IMG/VR virus record: IMGVR_UViG_3300042452_000984 | Location: 18,632-82,631 of that record | Reading direction: 5' to 3' (one strand) | DNA: 64,000 nt | Source: a virus | Translations under genes and position numbers: made by a program | Notes under the pieces: generated by a model | What the model was told of the DNA's origin: nothing | The model's database searches: none | The model's input: only the letters and a program-made list of their open reading frames with translations | Shown: positions 47,610-56,596 of the stretch, in pieces | Position numbering within the stretch: position 1 is the stretch's first letter | Layout of the letters: each line of letters begins with the position of its first letter

Positions 47610-48932
47610 CGGTTGCTTATTGGCAATAAACTTTAACCGCACCTCCACCACTTCATTCCCTTGCAAGATCACCCGTTCCACCAATTCCGCGTAAATTTCC
47701 CGGCGCCTTACCACCGGCAATAGGTTCAGGTCCGCCTGCGCGATCGCCATTGTCTTTTCCCGTAGCTCTTGCTGGTTAGCGCTGGCATGGCTTTCCATGC
47801 CCGCCAAGGCTTGTAGCTCCGCTTCGATTTCAGCTATTTCTTCGGCGATCGCCGCCCGGTGGGCCAAAGGTCGAAGTGCTTCTAGTTCTCGCTCCAGCGC
47901 GATCGCCTGCGGGTTCACCGTCGAGGGCTGTAGCATATCCGCCGCGATCGCCTCAGCGGCTTCTGCCAATGCCTCCTGAATGGCCGCCTCAATGGCATCC
48001 TGGCGGCAAGAACGGGTGTAGGAGCATTCCCGGTCATGGTAGTCAGCTTTGGCCGCACAGGCAAAATAGCGATGGCCCCGGCGGATAAGCGCACGGCACC
48101 GGCAGCCACAAACACAGGACACAATAGGCGGCACCGCATGGATGCGTCCTTGATTGTTGCCGCGCAACTGACGGTTGAGGCTAATCAGGTAATCAATTCG
48201 CTTGTATTCATCTTCGGTAATTAGTGCCAGATGGGTGTTGTAGCGCCATTCATCGGTGCTGGCATAGTGCAAATGCCCTCGTAGGGCAGCACTACGCAGC
48301 CACCACCGCCAGCCCGCCCGCGACTTATAAAACCCGTGCTCTTGCTCCATGTAGACCGATAGCCCCGCCACATTGCCGTGCTGCATGTAGTGTTCCACCG
48401 CCGCTCTTGCCTTTGCCCACTCTGGCCCCGGCTCATAACGACTACCATCCGGCGATCGCTGGTAGCCAAAGGGAGGTGGGCCACACATGGGGCGCCCCTG
48501 CCGCCTCATCTGGGCATAGGCACGCTGGATACGTTCGCCTAGTTCTACTGAGTAATAGTGGGCCATCAGCGACTTAACGCCAGTGGTGAGCAGCCCTGAG
48601 GCGGTCTGTAGCGTGATCTCCTGGCCGGTGGTTAGCTCCTTCACCTGCACGCCCGCCGCCTCCAATTGGGCTAGGCTTTCCATCGAATAAACCGTATCCC
48701 GTGCCCACCGGGTCCACTCAATGACCCATACTGTTACTTGATGACGTTGACCACGGAGGTCCAATGCTCGTTCCACCATGCGCAAAAATTCAGGGCGATC
48801 GCGCCGGCGCCCTGACAAATTTTCAGCAAATAGTTCGTCAAACTCCAGTTGTTGCTGGAATTGCTGCATCTGTAATTCCAGGCTTTGCTCTTCAGTCGAT
48901 ACCCGCCCGTAGCAAAGTTGATAGTGTGCCAT
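47592..48932 (-). CDS. Large serine recombinase/integrase (XisF-type)
   Basis: YGRVSTEEQ, SGRRRDRPEF, TRWAR, PPFGY, Zn ribbon, coiled coil. Confidence 0.93.
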   Translation of the reverse strand: MAHYQLCYGRVSTEEQSLELQMQQFQQQLEFDELFAENLSGRRRDRPEFLRMVERALDLRGQRHQVTVWVIEWTRWARDTVYSMESLAQLEAAGVQVKELTTGQEITLQTASGLLTTGVKSLMAHYYSVELGERIQRAYAQMRRQGRPMCGPPPFGYQRSPDGSRYEPGPEWAKARAAVEHYMQHGNVAGLSVYMEQEHGFYKSRAGWRWWLRSAALRGHLHYASTDEWRYNTHLALITEDEYKRIDYLISLNRQLRGNNQGRIHAVPPIVSCVCGCRCRALIRRGHRYFACAAKADYHDRECSYTRSCRQDAIEAAIQEALAEAAEAIAADMLQPSTVNPQAIALERELEALRPLAHRAAIAEEIAEIEAELQALAGMESHASANQQELREKTMAIAQADLNLLPVVRRREIYAELVERVILQGNEVVEVRLKFIANKQPSDSRF

Positions 48933-49022
48933 GGCTAAACCCCTCTCCAGTTTCAGCGTACTACGCCGCTTTCAGAGGGAGGTGCCATGGTGAGAATTGC
49001 TCAGAGGTCTAGCTATGGCACA
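48925..49022. repeat. 17-bp imperfect inverted repeat at integrase start (candidate att/recombination site)
   Basis: TGTGCCATGGCTAAACC vs revcomp TGTGCCATAGCTAGACC (15/17). Confidence 0.6.
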
Positions 49023-49078
49023 ACTAGCCTAAATTAAAGTGTTATCGTAAGATATACACAAATAGAACCGGAGGCAGT

Positions 49079-49303
49079 ATGGTTTTGCGTCCCCAGGCTT
49101 GCTTGGACAATTTAACCCCCAAGGAGCCTTTCTATGACGAGCATAAGAAGCGGGGACAGCTTAGCTTGACGCCTACCGCGTGGGCTATCCTCAGCACCTT
49201 GGCAAAAAAAGCAGGCTTATCTCGTTCTGAATTTATAGAGCGGCTTGCTCGCGCCGAATTAAGCCTTATCGATGGCGAGGTTATTCAAAAAACTCCTTCA
49301 TAA
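49079..49303 (+). CDS. CopG/RHH DNA-binding protein
   Basis: LSLTPTAW..L..LA...GLSRSEFIERLAR. Confidence 0.8.
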   Translation: MVLRPQACLDNLTPKEPFYDEHKKRGQLSLTPTAWAILSTLAKKAGLSRSEFIERLARAELSLIDGEVIQKTPS

Positions 49304-51167
49304 TTTCGCTTTGGGTCTTGCTGTAGTCAGACCCAAGCTCTATCGGCCCTGTAGGCTCATCTGAGCCCTCTTCTACCACCTCTGGCTCTGGTAGGCTATA
49401 GAATTCACCAGAGGCGGCTGATAGCTTACACAGTGCCCCCACAACCGACGCTACTGCATCGGCAATATCTTTATGGCTATCCACGTCACTACCTAAGGCG
49501 GTACGCGGGGCATCAATCCGTCCGGTCGATAGCCTTACCAATTTCCTTAGCTCCCCAAACAGTATCGGGTCGATGCGGTAAACCAACTGCCGGGCATAAA
49601 TCAGCGCCTTCAGTTCATCGTAATAGCCTGGGTTGCGGTCCACCGAGAAATTCTGGCTGCTAACCCCGTAGTGATAAAGCAGCTGTCGAGCCGTAGCGCT
49701 ATTGAATTGGTCAAACGTCACCCGCGCGATCGCAAACCCTAGTCGTTTACTCAGCAGTAGTACAAATTCCACCGGTGTCTGCAAGTCAATTTCCGCTTGG
49801 CGGATGTCCACAGTTGTGGACTCACCGCCCTCCCAGTTCATCCGCTGTAACTGGCCGCGCCCGGTGAAATGCGCTGCCTTCCAGCGAAAGGATAGGTCCA
49901 GTACCGGTATCAGCCGGTCTGCGCGATCGCCCACCGGTTCCAGGTGAGCCATGGCAAACCCGGCACTATCACCCGATAGCCCCAGGTCGATATGAATGTA
50001 ATACTCGCGTTCGGGCTTGCCCTTGAACCAGTTGGCTAACATCGGAAAGCCATAGCTATCCAGTACCACGTCACCAAATAGGTCGCGCTCTAGGATGGGG
50101 TCAGGGCTGCGATCGCTACCCGTCACCCCATAGCGCTTCAATAGGTCGGATGTCCCCCCACTGGCATGGCGGACGATGAGTTCAGGCGATCTAAAGTAGG
50201 CTTCAGTCGCCGCTCTGGGTTGGGCTGCTAACTTAGCCGCCGCTCCTTCTGGGTCGCGGATAAATTCAGTTTCAAAGTCTTTGTACTCCAGGTGGGGCAC
50301 TACCTCCCAAGTAGGGCGGCGCACCACAAATAGTTCAGGGAAGCGCCCCTCCTGGTGGGCTTCAATAAGCTGTTCCTGAGGGTCTGATACACTACGCGGG
50401 AAGCTGGTTAGAAAGCCCTTCCATGCCTTTCTAAAACGGGTGCGGCAGGAGGTGACAAAGGTATTGAACAATGCCTCCGCCGTGGCCCCCTGCGCCTCAG
50501 ACTCTAGCCCTGCAAACTCGCTAATTACAAAGGCCAGTAGGTTGAACCCCTCCGCGCTACTGCTAATCAGCGGTAGGTTGTGGATGCGGATATTGTGGGG
50601 TAGCTCAATATAGTCCGCCGCGTCGGTGGCTTTCTTGATATACCGGTCAACGTCTGCGATCGCAAACTCTGAACGCGCTAGGTGACTCTTTAACCAAGTA
50701 CAGGTCCGCAGCCGGTTCTTTAGCTTGGTGAAGGTTACCCGCCGCGTCTGGCGCAGGGTAGGTGAAGCTAGAGCAATATCAATGGGTTCCTGGGGGGCAA
50801 GCCCTAGAAAGTCTTGGGGGTCTCTCAGGCATAGCAGCACATGGGCAAACCACACAAGGCAGACGGAGGCCAAGGTATCTTTGCCCGCTCCCTTGCCGTA
50901 GCACAAAATGCCACAATTGTAAAGGGTCGGCGGGTTTTGGGTAAATAGTGCTTTAGCATCCGCCGCCGTTGTACCTAGAAACTGGCTTAGGTCTTGCTGT
51001 TGAATATCCCAGGGGGTAACGTCCAGGTAGGCGCGGCAGAACTCAGCTAGGGGTAAGGGGTCCTCTAGCCAAGGGGAGTCAGGCAGGGCGCGATCGCGCT
51101 CTTTTCTGCGTTCTCGTTCCCGCCGTTCTTTCTCAGCCTTCGCTTTCATCTGCAAGCTGCTAACCAT
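49281..51167 (-). CDS. terL: Terminase large subunit
   Basis: GKGAGKD Walker A; EGFN...SE Walker B region; IHIDLGLSGD, TFDQFNS, KDIADAV nuclease motifs. Confidence 0.88.
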   Translation of the reverse strand: MVSSLQMKAKAEKERRERERRKERDRALPDSPWLEDPLPLAEFCRAYLDVTPWDIQQQDLSQFLGTTAADAKALFTQNPPTLYNCGILCYGKGAGKDTLASVCLVWFAHVLLCLRDPQDFLGLAPQEPIDIALASPTLRQTRRVTFTKLKNRLRTCTWLKSHLARSEFAIADVDRYIKKATDAADYIELPHNIRIHNLPLISSSAEGFNLLAFVISEFAGLESEAQGATAEALFNTFVTSCRTRFRKAWKGFLTSFPRSVSDPQEQLIEAHQEGRFPELFVVRRPTWEVVPHLEYKDFETEFIRDPEGAAAKLAAQPRAATEAYFRSPELIVRHASGGTSDLLKRYGVTGSDRSPDPILERDLFGDVVLDSYGFPMLANWFKGKPEREYYIHIDLGLSGDSAGFAMAHLEPVGDRADRLIPVLDLSFRWKAAHFTGRGQLQRMNWEGGESTTVDIRQAEIDLQTPVEFVLLLSKRLGFAIARVTFDQFNSATARQLLYHYGVSSQNFSVDRNPGYYDELKALIYARQLVYRIDPILFGELRKLVRLSTGRIDAPRTALGSDVDSHKDIADAVASVVGALCKLSAASGEFYSLPEPEVVEEGSDEPTGPIELGSDYSKTQSEIMKEFFE

Positions 51168-51633
51168 TGATTAGCCGGTCTAGCTCCTCGTCGCTTAGTG
51201 TGGATAGGTCGATTTCCTGGCGTTCTGTCGCTAACCCTTCAGCCAATCGCTCAGCCTCTACAGCAAACTTTAGCCACGCTAATGCTTCTTGGGGTTTAAG
51301 CGTTGCCGGGTCGGTCGCCTGCATCGCCTGGAGTGCCTTCTGTCCTGCCAACCGGGCCGCCTTGATATGGCGCGTTAGCATCTCGGCGGTATCGACTAGC
51401 TTTGATACCTGTTGGGCCACATGCTGCGCCTCAGGTACAGTTGCCGTTATTGTACTAAGGTTGTCCTTAAACCGTTTGCGCTGTGCTGGCCAATCCTCCT
51501 GACTAGCGCGATTCCTAAGGGTTTGGTACTTTGGCGCACCTTGTACGTCAGCTAGCGATCGGTAGGTTACAGTGTCATCGCCTGCAACGTACCTATGCCG
51601 CCAATAGTCCCAGTCGATTTTAGCCATGATCAA
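51160..51633 (-). CDS. terS: Terminase small subunit
   Basis: Upstream of terL; N-terminal HTH (DW...YV.G...Y..LA), C-terminal DLSTLSDEEL. Confidence 0.75.
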   Translation of the reverse strand: MIMAKIDWDYWRHRYVAGDDTVTYRSLADVQGAPKYQTLRNRASQEDWPAQRKRFKDNLSTITATVPEAQHVAQQVSKLVDTAEMLTRHIKAARLAGQKALQAMQATDPATLKPQEALAWLKFAVEAERLAEGLATERQEIDLSTLSDEELDRLING

Positions 51634-52925
51634 AGGTGCCCCACTAACTTGGCAGTCTCGCCGGTAAATTTCTCATACCTGCGACAGATAACCTCAATGT
51701 AGTGAGGGCTTAGCTCAAAGCCATAGACGGTGCGATCGCCTTCCATCCCCTGCGCTGCGATCAGGGTTGAGCCGCTGCCTAAAAAGAAATCGGCAATCAG
51801 CTCGTTAGGGCGGCTGCTATTTTTAATAGCATATTGAATTAGCTCAATCGGCTTCATAGTCGGATGTAAATCTGACTTTAGTGGCTTGTCGAAATTCCAA
51901 ACTGAAAACTCCGACCTGCTGTCAATAAAATAATGTGTTGCACCAGGCTTCCATCCGTAAAGAATTGGCTCATGCTTGTAGTGATAATCGCACCGTCCTA
52001 AAACGTGATTGTTCTTTACCCAAACCAGCCCATGTTTAAGCAGCAAACCAGCATCTGCAATCGCTGTCATTAACAGCAGCAACAGTTCATCTCTTTGAGG
52101 TCCGCAGACATAATAGCTAGCGCCAGGTTTTGCAAATTTACATAAAAGCTGGAATACAGGTTTCCATATTTTGCCTGAAATTTCCTCTGGAGCTAAATGG
52201 TCGTTTTCGATTGGAGTCTGAATGCTATTGCCCCGGCCAGTCGCATTCAGACTCTTATTTTTGTCGGCATAACTGACGCCATAGGGCGGGTCAGTAAAAA
52301 TCAAATCAATTGTTTTGCCATCAAGCAGCGATCGCACATTATCCTCATCGGTGCTATCGCCACAGGCTATCCGGTGCCGCCCTAGTGCAATAATGTCCCC
52401 TACCTGAAAGCGGCAATCCATTTCGCCGCCTTCAGCTTCATCAATTAAGTCCGCTGTAGCCTCTTCATCTTCTTCTTCGCTAGGCTGCTCCCATTCGCCG
52501 CCTTCCATGCTCCATGCTGCTACCTCATCCTCAGTAAACCAATCCTCCAGCCCGATCGCATCATGGACCTCTTGCAACACCTCGGCGTCCCATTCAAGCC
52601 CTAGCTCTGACGCCCGGTTATCAGCGATCGCTAACTCCTTAGCCTTAGCATCCTTGGCTAGGTCCAGGTCAGTCCGCTGGACGACGACCAACTTAGTGCC
52701 ATCGGTAGGGACAACAATGACATCCTCCAGCCCGATCTCATAGGCTGCCTCTGTGGTCTTGTTGCCTGCTATCAGGACGCCATTCTTATCTATGAGGACA
52801 GAACGCCCAGCCCCAAGCTTCTGCAACGACTGACGCACCATGTAAGCGCCTCGCTCAGTCCCCTTGTTGGCATTGCCAGGGTCAGGCGTTAACTCTGATA
52901 GCTTGGCATTTCGTACATTAGCCAT
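51630..52925 (-). CDS. ParB-like domain fused to beta-class adenine DNA methyltransferase
   Basis: LTPDPGNA..IAGN..IADNR; TDPPY, HPTMKP, DFFLGSGST. Confidence 0.9.
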   Translation of the reverse strand: MANVRNAKLSELTPDPGNANKGTERGAYMVRQSLQKLGAGRSVLIDKNGVLIAGNKTTEAAYEIGLEDVIVVPTDGTKLVVVQRTDLDLAKDAKAKELAIADNRASELGLEWDAEVLQEVHDAIGLEDWFTEDEVAAWSMEGGEWEQPSEEEDEEATADLIDEAEGGEMDCRFQVGDIIALGRHRIACGDSTDEDNVRSLLDGKTIDLIFTDPPYGVSYADKNKSLNATGRGNSIQTPIENDHLAPEEISGKIWKPVFQLLCKFAKPGASYYVCGPQRDELLLLLMTAIADAGLLLKHGLVWVKNNHVLGRCDYHYKHEPILYGWKPGATHYFIDSRSEFSVWNFDKPLKSDLHPTMKPIELIQYAIKNSSRPNELIADFFLGSGSTLIAAQGMEGDRTVYGFELSPHYIEVICRRYEKFTGETAKLVGHL

Positions 52926-52992
52926 GGTTGATATTGATACCGCTAACTTAATCCTATCGAACAGGACGAGCCGCGATCGCGCCAATACCATC

Positions 52993-53607
52993 TCACTGTC
53001 CTGCTCCCAGCTTTGTCCGCCTCACCCGATCTCGCAATGCCCAAGCGACGGTATCAACGCTATGGCGGTTGGGAGAAAGCGTGGGGGTATAGTGTTCTCC
53101 CATCCATAGCCGCTTGGCAGTATCCACCTCCCAGGTCCAATCGGTAGCGTCTTGGTAAAAGGCCATCGCTACTTGGTAGAGAATCGCGATCGCGTAGGCG
53201 TCCCGTTCGGGTTGGTTGCCCTGCCAGTCGTCATCGATGCTATAGATTTGCTCAGCGTTGTAGCGCCCATCGTCATTTATCCAATGGTCAGCAACCAGGA
53301 TAGTCAGCCGGTGGGTGGAGCGCACCTTACCCCTACCCCTAGCCGGTGCCTTCATCCCTTCAAGGTGGTCACAGGTGATATGAATATCTCGAACGCCACC
53401 CTCCTGGCGATAGGGTTCAAAAATGTAGGCATCCACATGACGCGGGCATAGGGTGCGGGGACGTTGGACACGGTGCAATAGTCCACGCCCCGCTAGCCGC
53501 CATGTCTGCAAGATGCGGTAGGGTCGTTGCTTTACCTGTCGCTCCCGCCACCAGTTGCAGCGGTTGACGTAGCCAAGCAGGTCATTGACTATCCGATCTA
53601 CCTTCAT
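52993..53607 (-). CDS. Hypothetical protein
   Basis: 204 aa, in operon. Confidence 0.6.
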   Translation of the reverse strand: MKVDRIVNDLLGYVNRCNWWRERQVKQRPYRILQTWRLAGRGLLHRVQRPRTLCPRHVDAYIFEPYRQEGGVRDIHITCDHLEGMKAPARGRGKVRSTHRLTILVADHWINDDGRYNAEQIYSIDDDWQGNQPERDAYAIAILYQVAMAFYQDATDWTWEVDTAKRLWMGEHYTPTLSPNRHSVDTVAWALRDRVRRTKLGAGQ

Positions 53608-53938
53608 CGTCCGGGTCCTCCTCTGAGGATGATTCGCGGGGCATCGCGTTGGTGCCTAGCACCCCGGCGGCGCCGATGCTGATAATGCTTACCGCTAGAT
53701 CTCGCAATTGCTTCTGATGCTCCGGCGACCAGTTGAATAGCATCAAGGCACCAATGATCACCGCAGTGCTAAAGCCCAGGGTGAGCCGTTGCTGGGTCTT
53801 GAGTTTACGGGATTGCTCGCGATCGCTTTTCATCAGCTTCAGTTGCCGCTCTTGCAACTCCTGTAGCTTTTCATTAATCAACTTCAAATGCTTCTCTATT
53901 GAGTCCAAGCGACGGCACAGAATATCAAGGAACTTCAC
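53582..53938 (-). CDS. Coiled-coil plus two-TM protein (holin candidate)
   Basis: Two hydrophobic helices and a charged tail. Confidence 0.45.
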   Translation of the reverse strand: MKFLDILCRRLDSIEKHLKLINEKLQELQERQLKLMKSDREQSRKLKTQQRLTLGFSTAVIIGALMLFNWSPEHQKQLRDLAVSIISIGAAGVLGTNAMPRESSSEEDPDDEGRSDSQ

Positions 53939-54408
53939 GTTAAGGCTGCCTTTCGGACAAATTCCGAGGTGGGGAGGACGGTATCAACTGCAGCCCGCAT
54001 CCTGCGATCGCTAGCATATTTCCGATAGTCAAACCCGATCCACACCTCAACGATGCCGGATTCTTCTAACGGTGCGCGGCGTAGGTGGTCCAGGTCCACC
54101 ACTTGTAAGTAAGTAGGGTAAGCACAGTCTGGGAGGTTCATCGGGATAGTTAGTTCCACCAGGTCCCGCAGGCGATCGTCGATGTTAATCCGTTGCATCA
54201 GGCGCAGGCTAGCGGCTTGCCTAGTGTCTGGAAACAACCACAGCCAGCTTTCCTCTTCACCCTCCGCCGATAGCCTAGAAAAGTGACAATAGGCCGGTTC
54301 CTTTTGTTGCTGGCCCGGCAAAATTAACCCCGACTCACTCTCTGTCGCCAAGGATAGAAACTGAGCACTCCAGGCCCAGCTAAAGAGAGGGGACGGTAGT
54401 TGGTACAT
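53935..54408 (-). CDS. Hypothetical protein
   Basis: 157 aa, coupled. Confidence 0.6.
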   Translation of the reverse strand: MYQLPSPLFSWAWSAQFLSLATESESGLILPGQQQKEPAYCHFSRLSAEGEEESWLWLFPDTRQAASLRLMQRINIDDRLRDLVELTIPMNLPDCAYPTYLQVVDLDHLRRAPLEESGIVEVWIGFDYRKYASDRRMRAAVDTVLPTSEFVRKAALT

Positions 54409-54844
54409 AGGTTCCAGCGTTGATTAGTTGTAAGGTTTCTCGGCTTGGCAGGCTGGTCAGGCTTTCCAGCAACCGGCGATCGCGCTGTGCCCGAGCGTCT
54501 AGCCCGTCAAAATACCGAGTAAGGGCGATCGTCGTTAGTTCGTGGTAGTCCTTGGCATAGCGATACTTCACCGCGTACTCCCACCGGCCACGGGTATGGG
54601 AGTCCAAAGTAAAAGGAATGGTGCCGTCGTTATCAACCGGCTCGCACTCCAGCGTCCCGCCCGCCTCACAAGCTTCGATATAAAGGTCGGTGGTCCAGCG
54701 CACTAGGTCAGCAACGCTCGCTAGTTCCCGCCCGTCCTCTGTCGTTACCCGCGACTTTAGCCGTAGGAAGGTTGCCTCCCGCCTCACCCGGGCCGCGATC
54801 GCCTCGGGCACCAGTAAATTAATCCGCTTGTGCTTAGTTGGCAT
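54380..54844 (-). CDS. Tandem RHH-like protein
   Basis: KRINLLVPE...VADLVRW and TIPFTLD...HELTTIALTRY. Confidence 0.5.
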   Translation of the reverse strand: MPTKHKRINLLVPEAIAARVRREATFLRLKSRVTTEDGRELASVADLVRWTTDLYIEACEAGGTLECEPVDNDGTIPFTLDSHTRGRWEYAVKYRYAKDYHELTTIALTRYFDGLDARAQRDRRLLESLTSLPSRETLQLINAGTYVPTTVPSL

Positions 54845-55196
54845 TGAGCAGCACCTCCATAAAGCAGCCCTCCGCCAGCATCAGCGCTGTTTGGGTATGA
54901 CTGGTGTCTGAATGCTCTAGCGCCCGCCCTAGCCGCTCCATCGTCCAGCCCAGCAGGTGAATGGCAATTAGCATCACCGCCGCGCCGCGATCGCGCACCA
55001 TCAACGACGTTATGGCTTGCTCAATATCCGCATTGGTGAACCGTTCCGCCAGCCCCATCGCCTTGAAGCCATGGCCGGTTAGCACCAGGTTGGGCACCCC
55101 GGAGACGATATGGCCAGAGGACATAATATTATCCAGGTTGCCGCTGCCCCATTGCTGGAGCAGAAAACCAAGCTGCGACGGGCTATAGGTTGCCAT
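54834..55196 (-). CDS. Sigma-region-4-like HTH protein (possible late regulator)
   Basis: DIEQAI..L......L.GWT.E.LG..L pattern. Confidence 0.45.
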   Translation of the reverse strand: MATYSPSQLGFLLQQWGSGNLDNIMSSGHIVSGVPNLVLTGHGFKAMGLAERFTNADIEQAITSLMVRDRGAAVMLIAIHLLGWTMERLGRALEHSDTSHTQTALMLAEGCFMEVLLNAN

Positions 55197-55293
55197 TGTC
55201 TATTGCAAATACCCACAGCCCTATCGTATCGAACTAGGATAGGCGCGATCGTTTTGACAACCTGAGAGCGTGATCACAATCGAAACGTGTTGA

Positions 55294-55446
55294 CTACAGC
55301 TTCCCCGCAGCTGCCAGCCATACCAGCGCTGCCACGGCACCCACCACCACGCCGGATAAAGTAAAGCGGATCTCGTGGAGCATTACCTCATGCCGGGCTA
55401 TCTGGGTAGCGATCGCCTTCACTTGGGCCAGTTGATCCTCAGACAT
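55294..55446 (-). CDS. 50-aa membrane peptide (not in ORF track)
   Basis: AGGAG RBS; MSEDQLAQ...GVVVGAVAALVWLAAAGKL. Confidence 0.65.
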   Translation of the reverse strand: MSEDQLAQVKAIATQIARHEVMLHEIRFTLSGVVVGAVAALVWLAAAGKL

Positions 55447-55698
55447 GGCAAGTCTCCTGAGATTTGCCGGTGATTATAGCAAACAAGCAATGGAAAAGCC
55501 CTAGGGCTGAGTCTAGGGCTTGGCGCAGTGTTAGGAGAATGGGGCTATTGTAGCGGATGCCAGCGGCGAAAGGCGGAGGAAGCGCGATCGCACTTAGCTA
55601 GGGCGCGATCGCGGGTATCAAGGTGTATCTAACGGTGTTGATTATAGCGGATAAGCAACAAAAAGCCCCCGAGGGGGCCAAGCATACAGCGCGTGGTT

Positions 55699-55917
55699 TT
55701 ATGGTAGCGGACTGCCTTTGGTGGGATCAACGTATTGAATTAGATCCTGGGGAGAACAGTCTAACGCTTGACATAACTTGGCTATCCGATCAAACCAATC
55801 GACGCCAGACCGATTATTTTCCCAATTCCTGACCGTAGTTTCTGTAACCCCAACAAGATCGGCTAACTCCCTCTGAGTGAGGGTTTTAGCTTTGCGCAGC
55901 TCGGCGACCCGTGACAT
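55699..55917 (-). CDS. XRE-family HTH transcriptional regulator
   Basis: LRKAKTLTQRELADLVGVTETTVRNWE...LCQALDC. Confidence 0.92.
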   Translation of the reverse strand: MSRVAELRKAKTLTQRELADLVGVTETTVRNWENNRSGVDWFDRIAKLCQALDCSPQDLIQYVDPTKGSPLP

Positions 55918-55954
55918 TGGTATCTCTCCCATAACGTGATTTATACCAAGACTA

Positions 55955-56011
55955 TAGCGTAAATAGCTTTTCGTAAGATAGTTGACACCGTAAAGTTCTT
56001 TACGCTATTAT
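55955..56011. promoter_or_regulatory. Divergent promoter with palindromic operator
   Basis: TTGACA 55982; CGTAAAG-TT-CTTTACG 55989-56004; related copy 55958-55973. Confidence 0.7.
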
Positions 56012-56090
56012 TGAGCATGACAAAGCAAGCCCCGCCCGGGTTGCAGCCCAAGCGGGGAAGTAAAACCACTCACCAAAGAGGTCTGCTGAC

Positions 56091-56333
56091 ATGTTAACCC
56101 AAGTTGTTGAAACCCGCACTCCTGTTACCGCCACCCCTGCCCTTGTCAAATTTTTTGCCTCTTTAGTCGGGGAGGTGGACGGCGAGTTTACCTTCACTGT
56201 TGAGGTTGTCGAAATTCAGGACAGCTACATGGGGCTGGAGGACAAGCAGCGGATTGAGGCTGCTGTTGAGGAGCAATTCCCAGGGCTGGCCGTCATGGAG
56301 TTCTGGCGGTGCCGCCGCGATAGCCTGCTGTAG
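56091..56333 (+). CDS. Hypothetical protein
   Basis: 80 aa, divergent from the XRE gene. Confidence 0.6.
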   Translation: MLTQVVETRTPVTATPALVKFFASLVGEVDGEFTFTVEVVEIQDSYMGLEDKQRIEAAVEEQFPGLAVMEFWRCRRDSLL

Positions 56334-56527
56334 TTGCGATCGCCGTCGCCCCACAGCGTTAGCGAGGGGGATTTGTCCTTACCAAATTTTGTTATGCCAC
56401 GTTTCGCTGTTTATCGTTGGTTAATGCGCCGCCTAGGACGGTCCCTGGAAGCCCTGGCCCACTGGATTGATAACACTCTAGCTAGCGCCTGCTACTGGCA
56501 GGCTAGGGAGCCAGGAGAAGAGTAGAA

Positions 56528-56596
56528 TCAAAAGACCTCCGTAGATCGCTACAGAGGTCTTTTGAGTGATGCCCTGGGGAAACCTGGGGCTTTCCT
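56528..56596. terminator. Paired terminators between convergent units
   Basis: TCAAAAGACCTC..GAGGTCTTTTGA and GCCCTGGG-GAAA-CCTGGGGCTTT. Confidence 0.75.
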
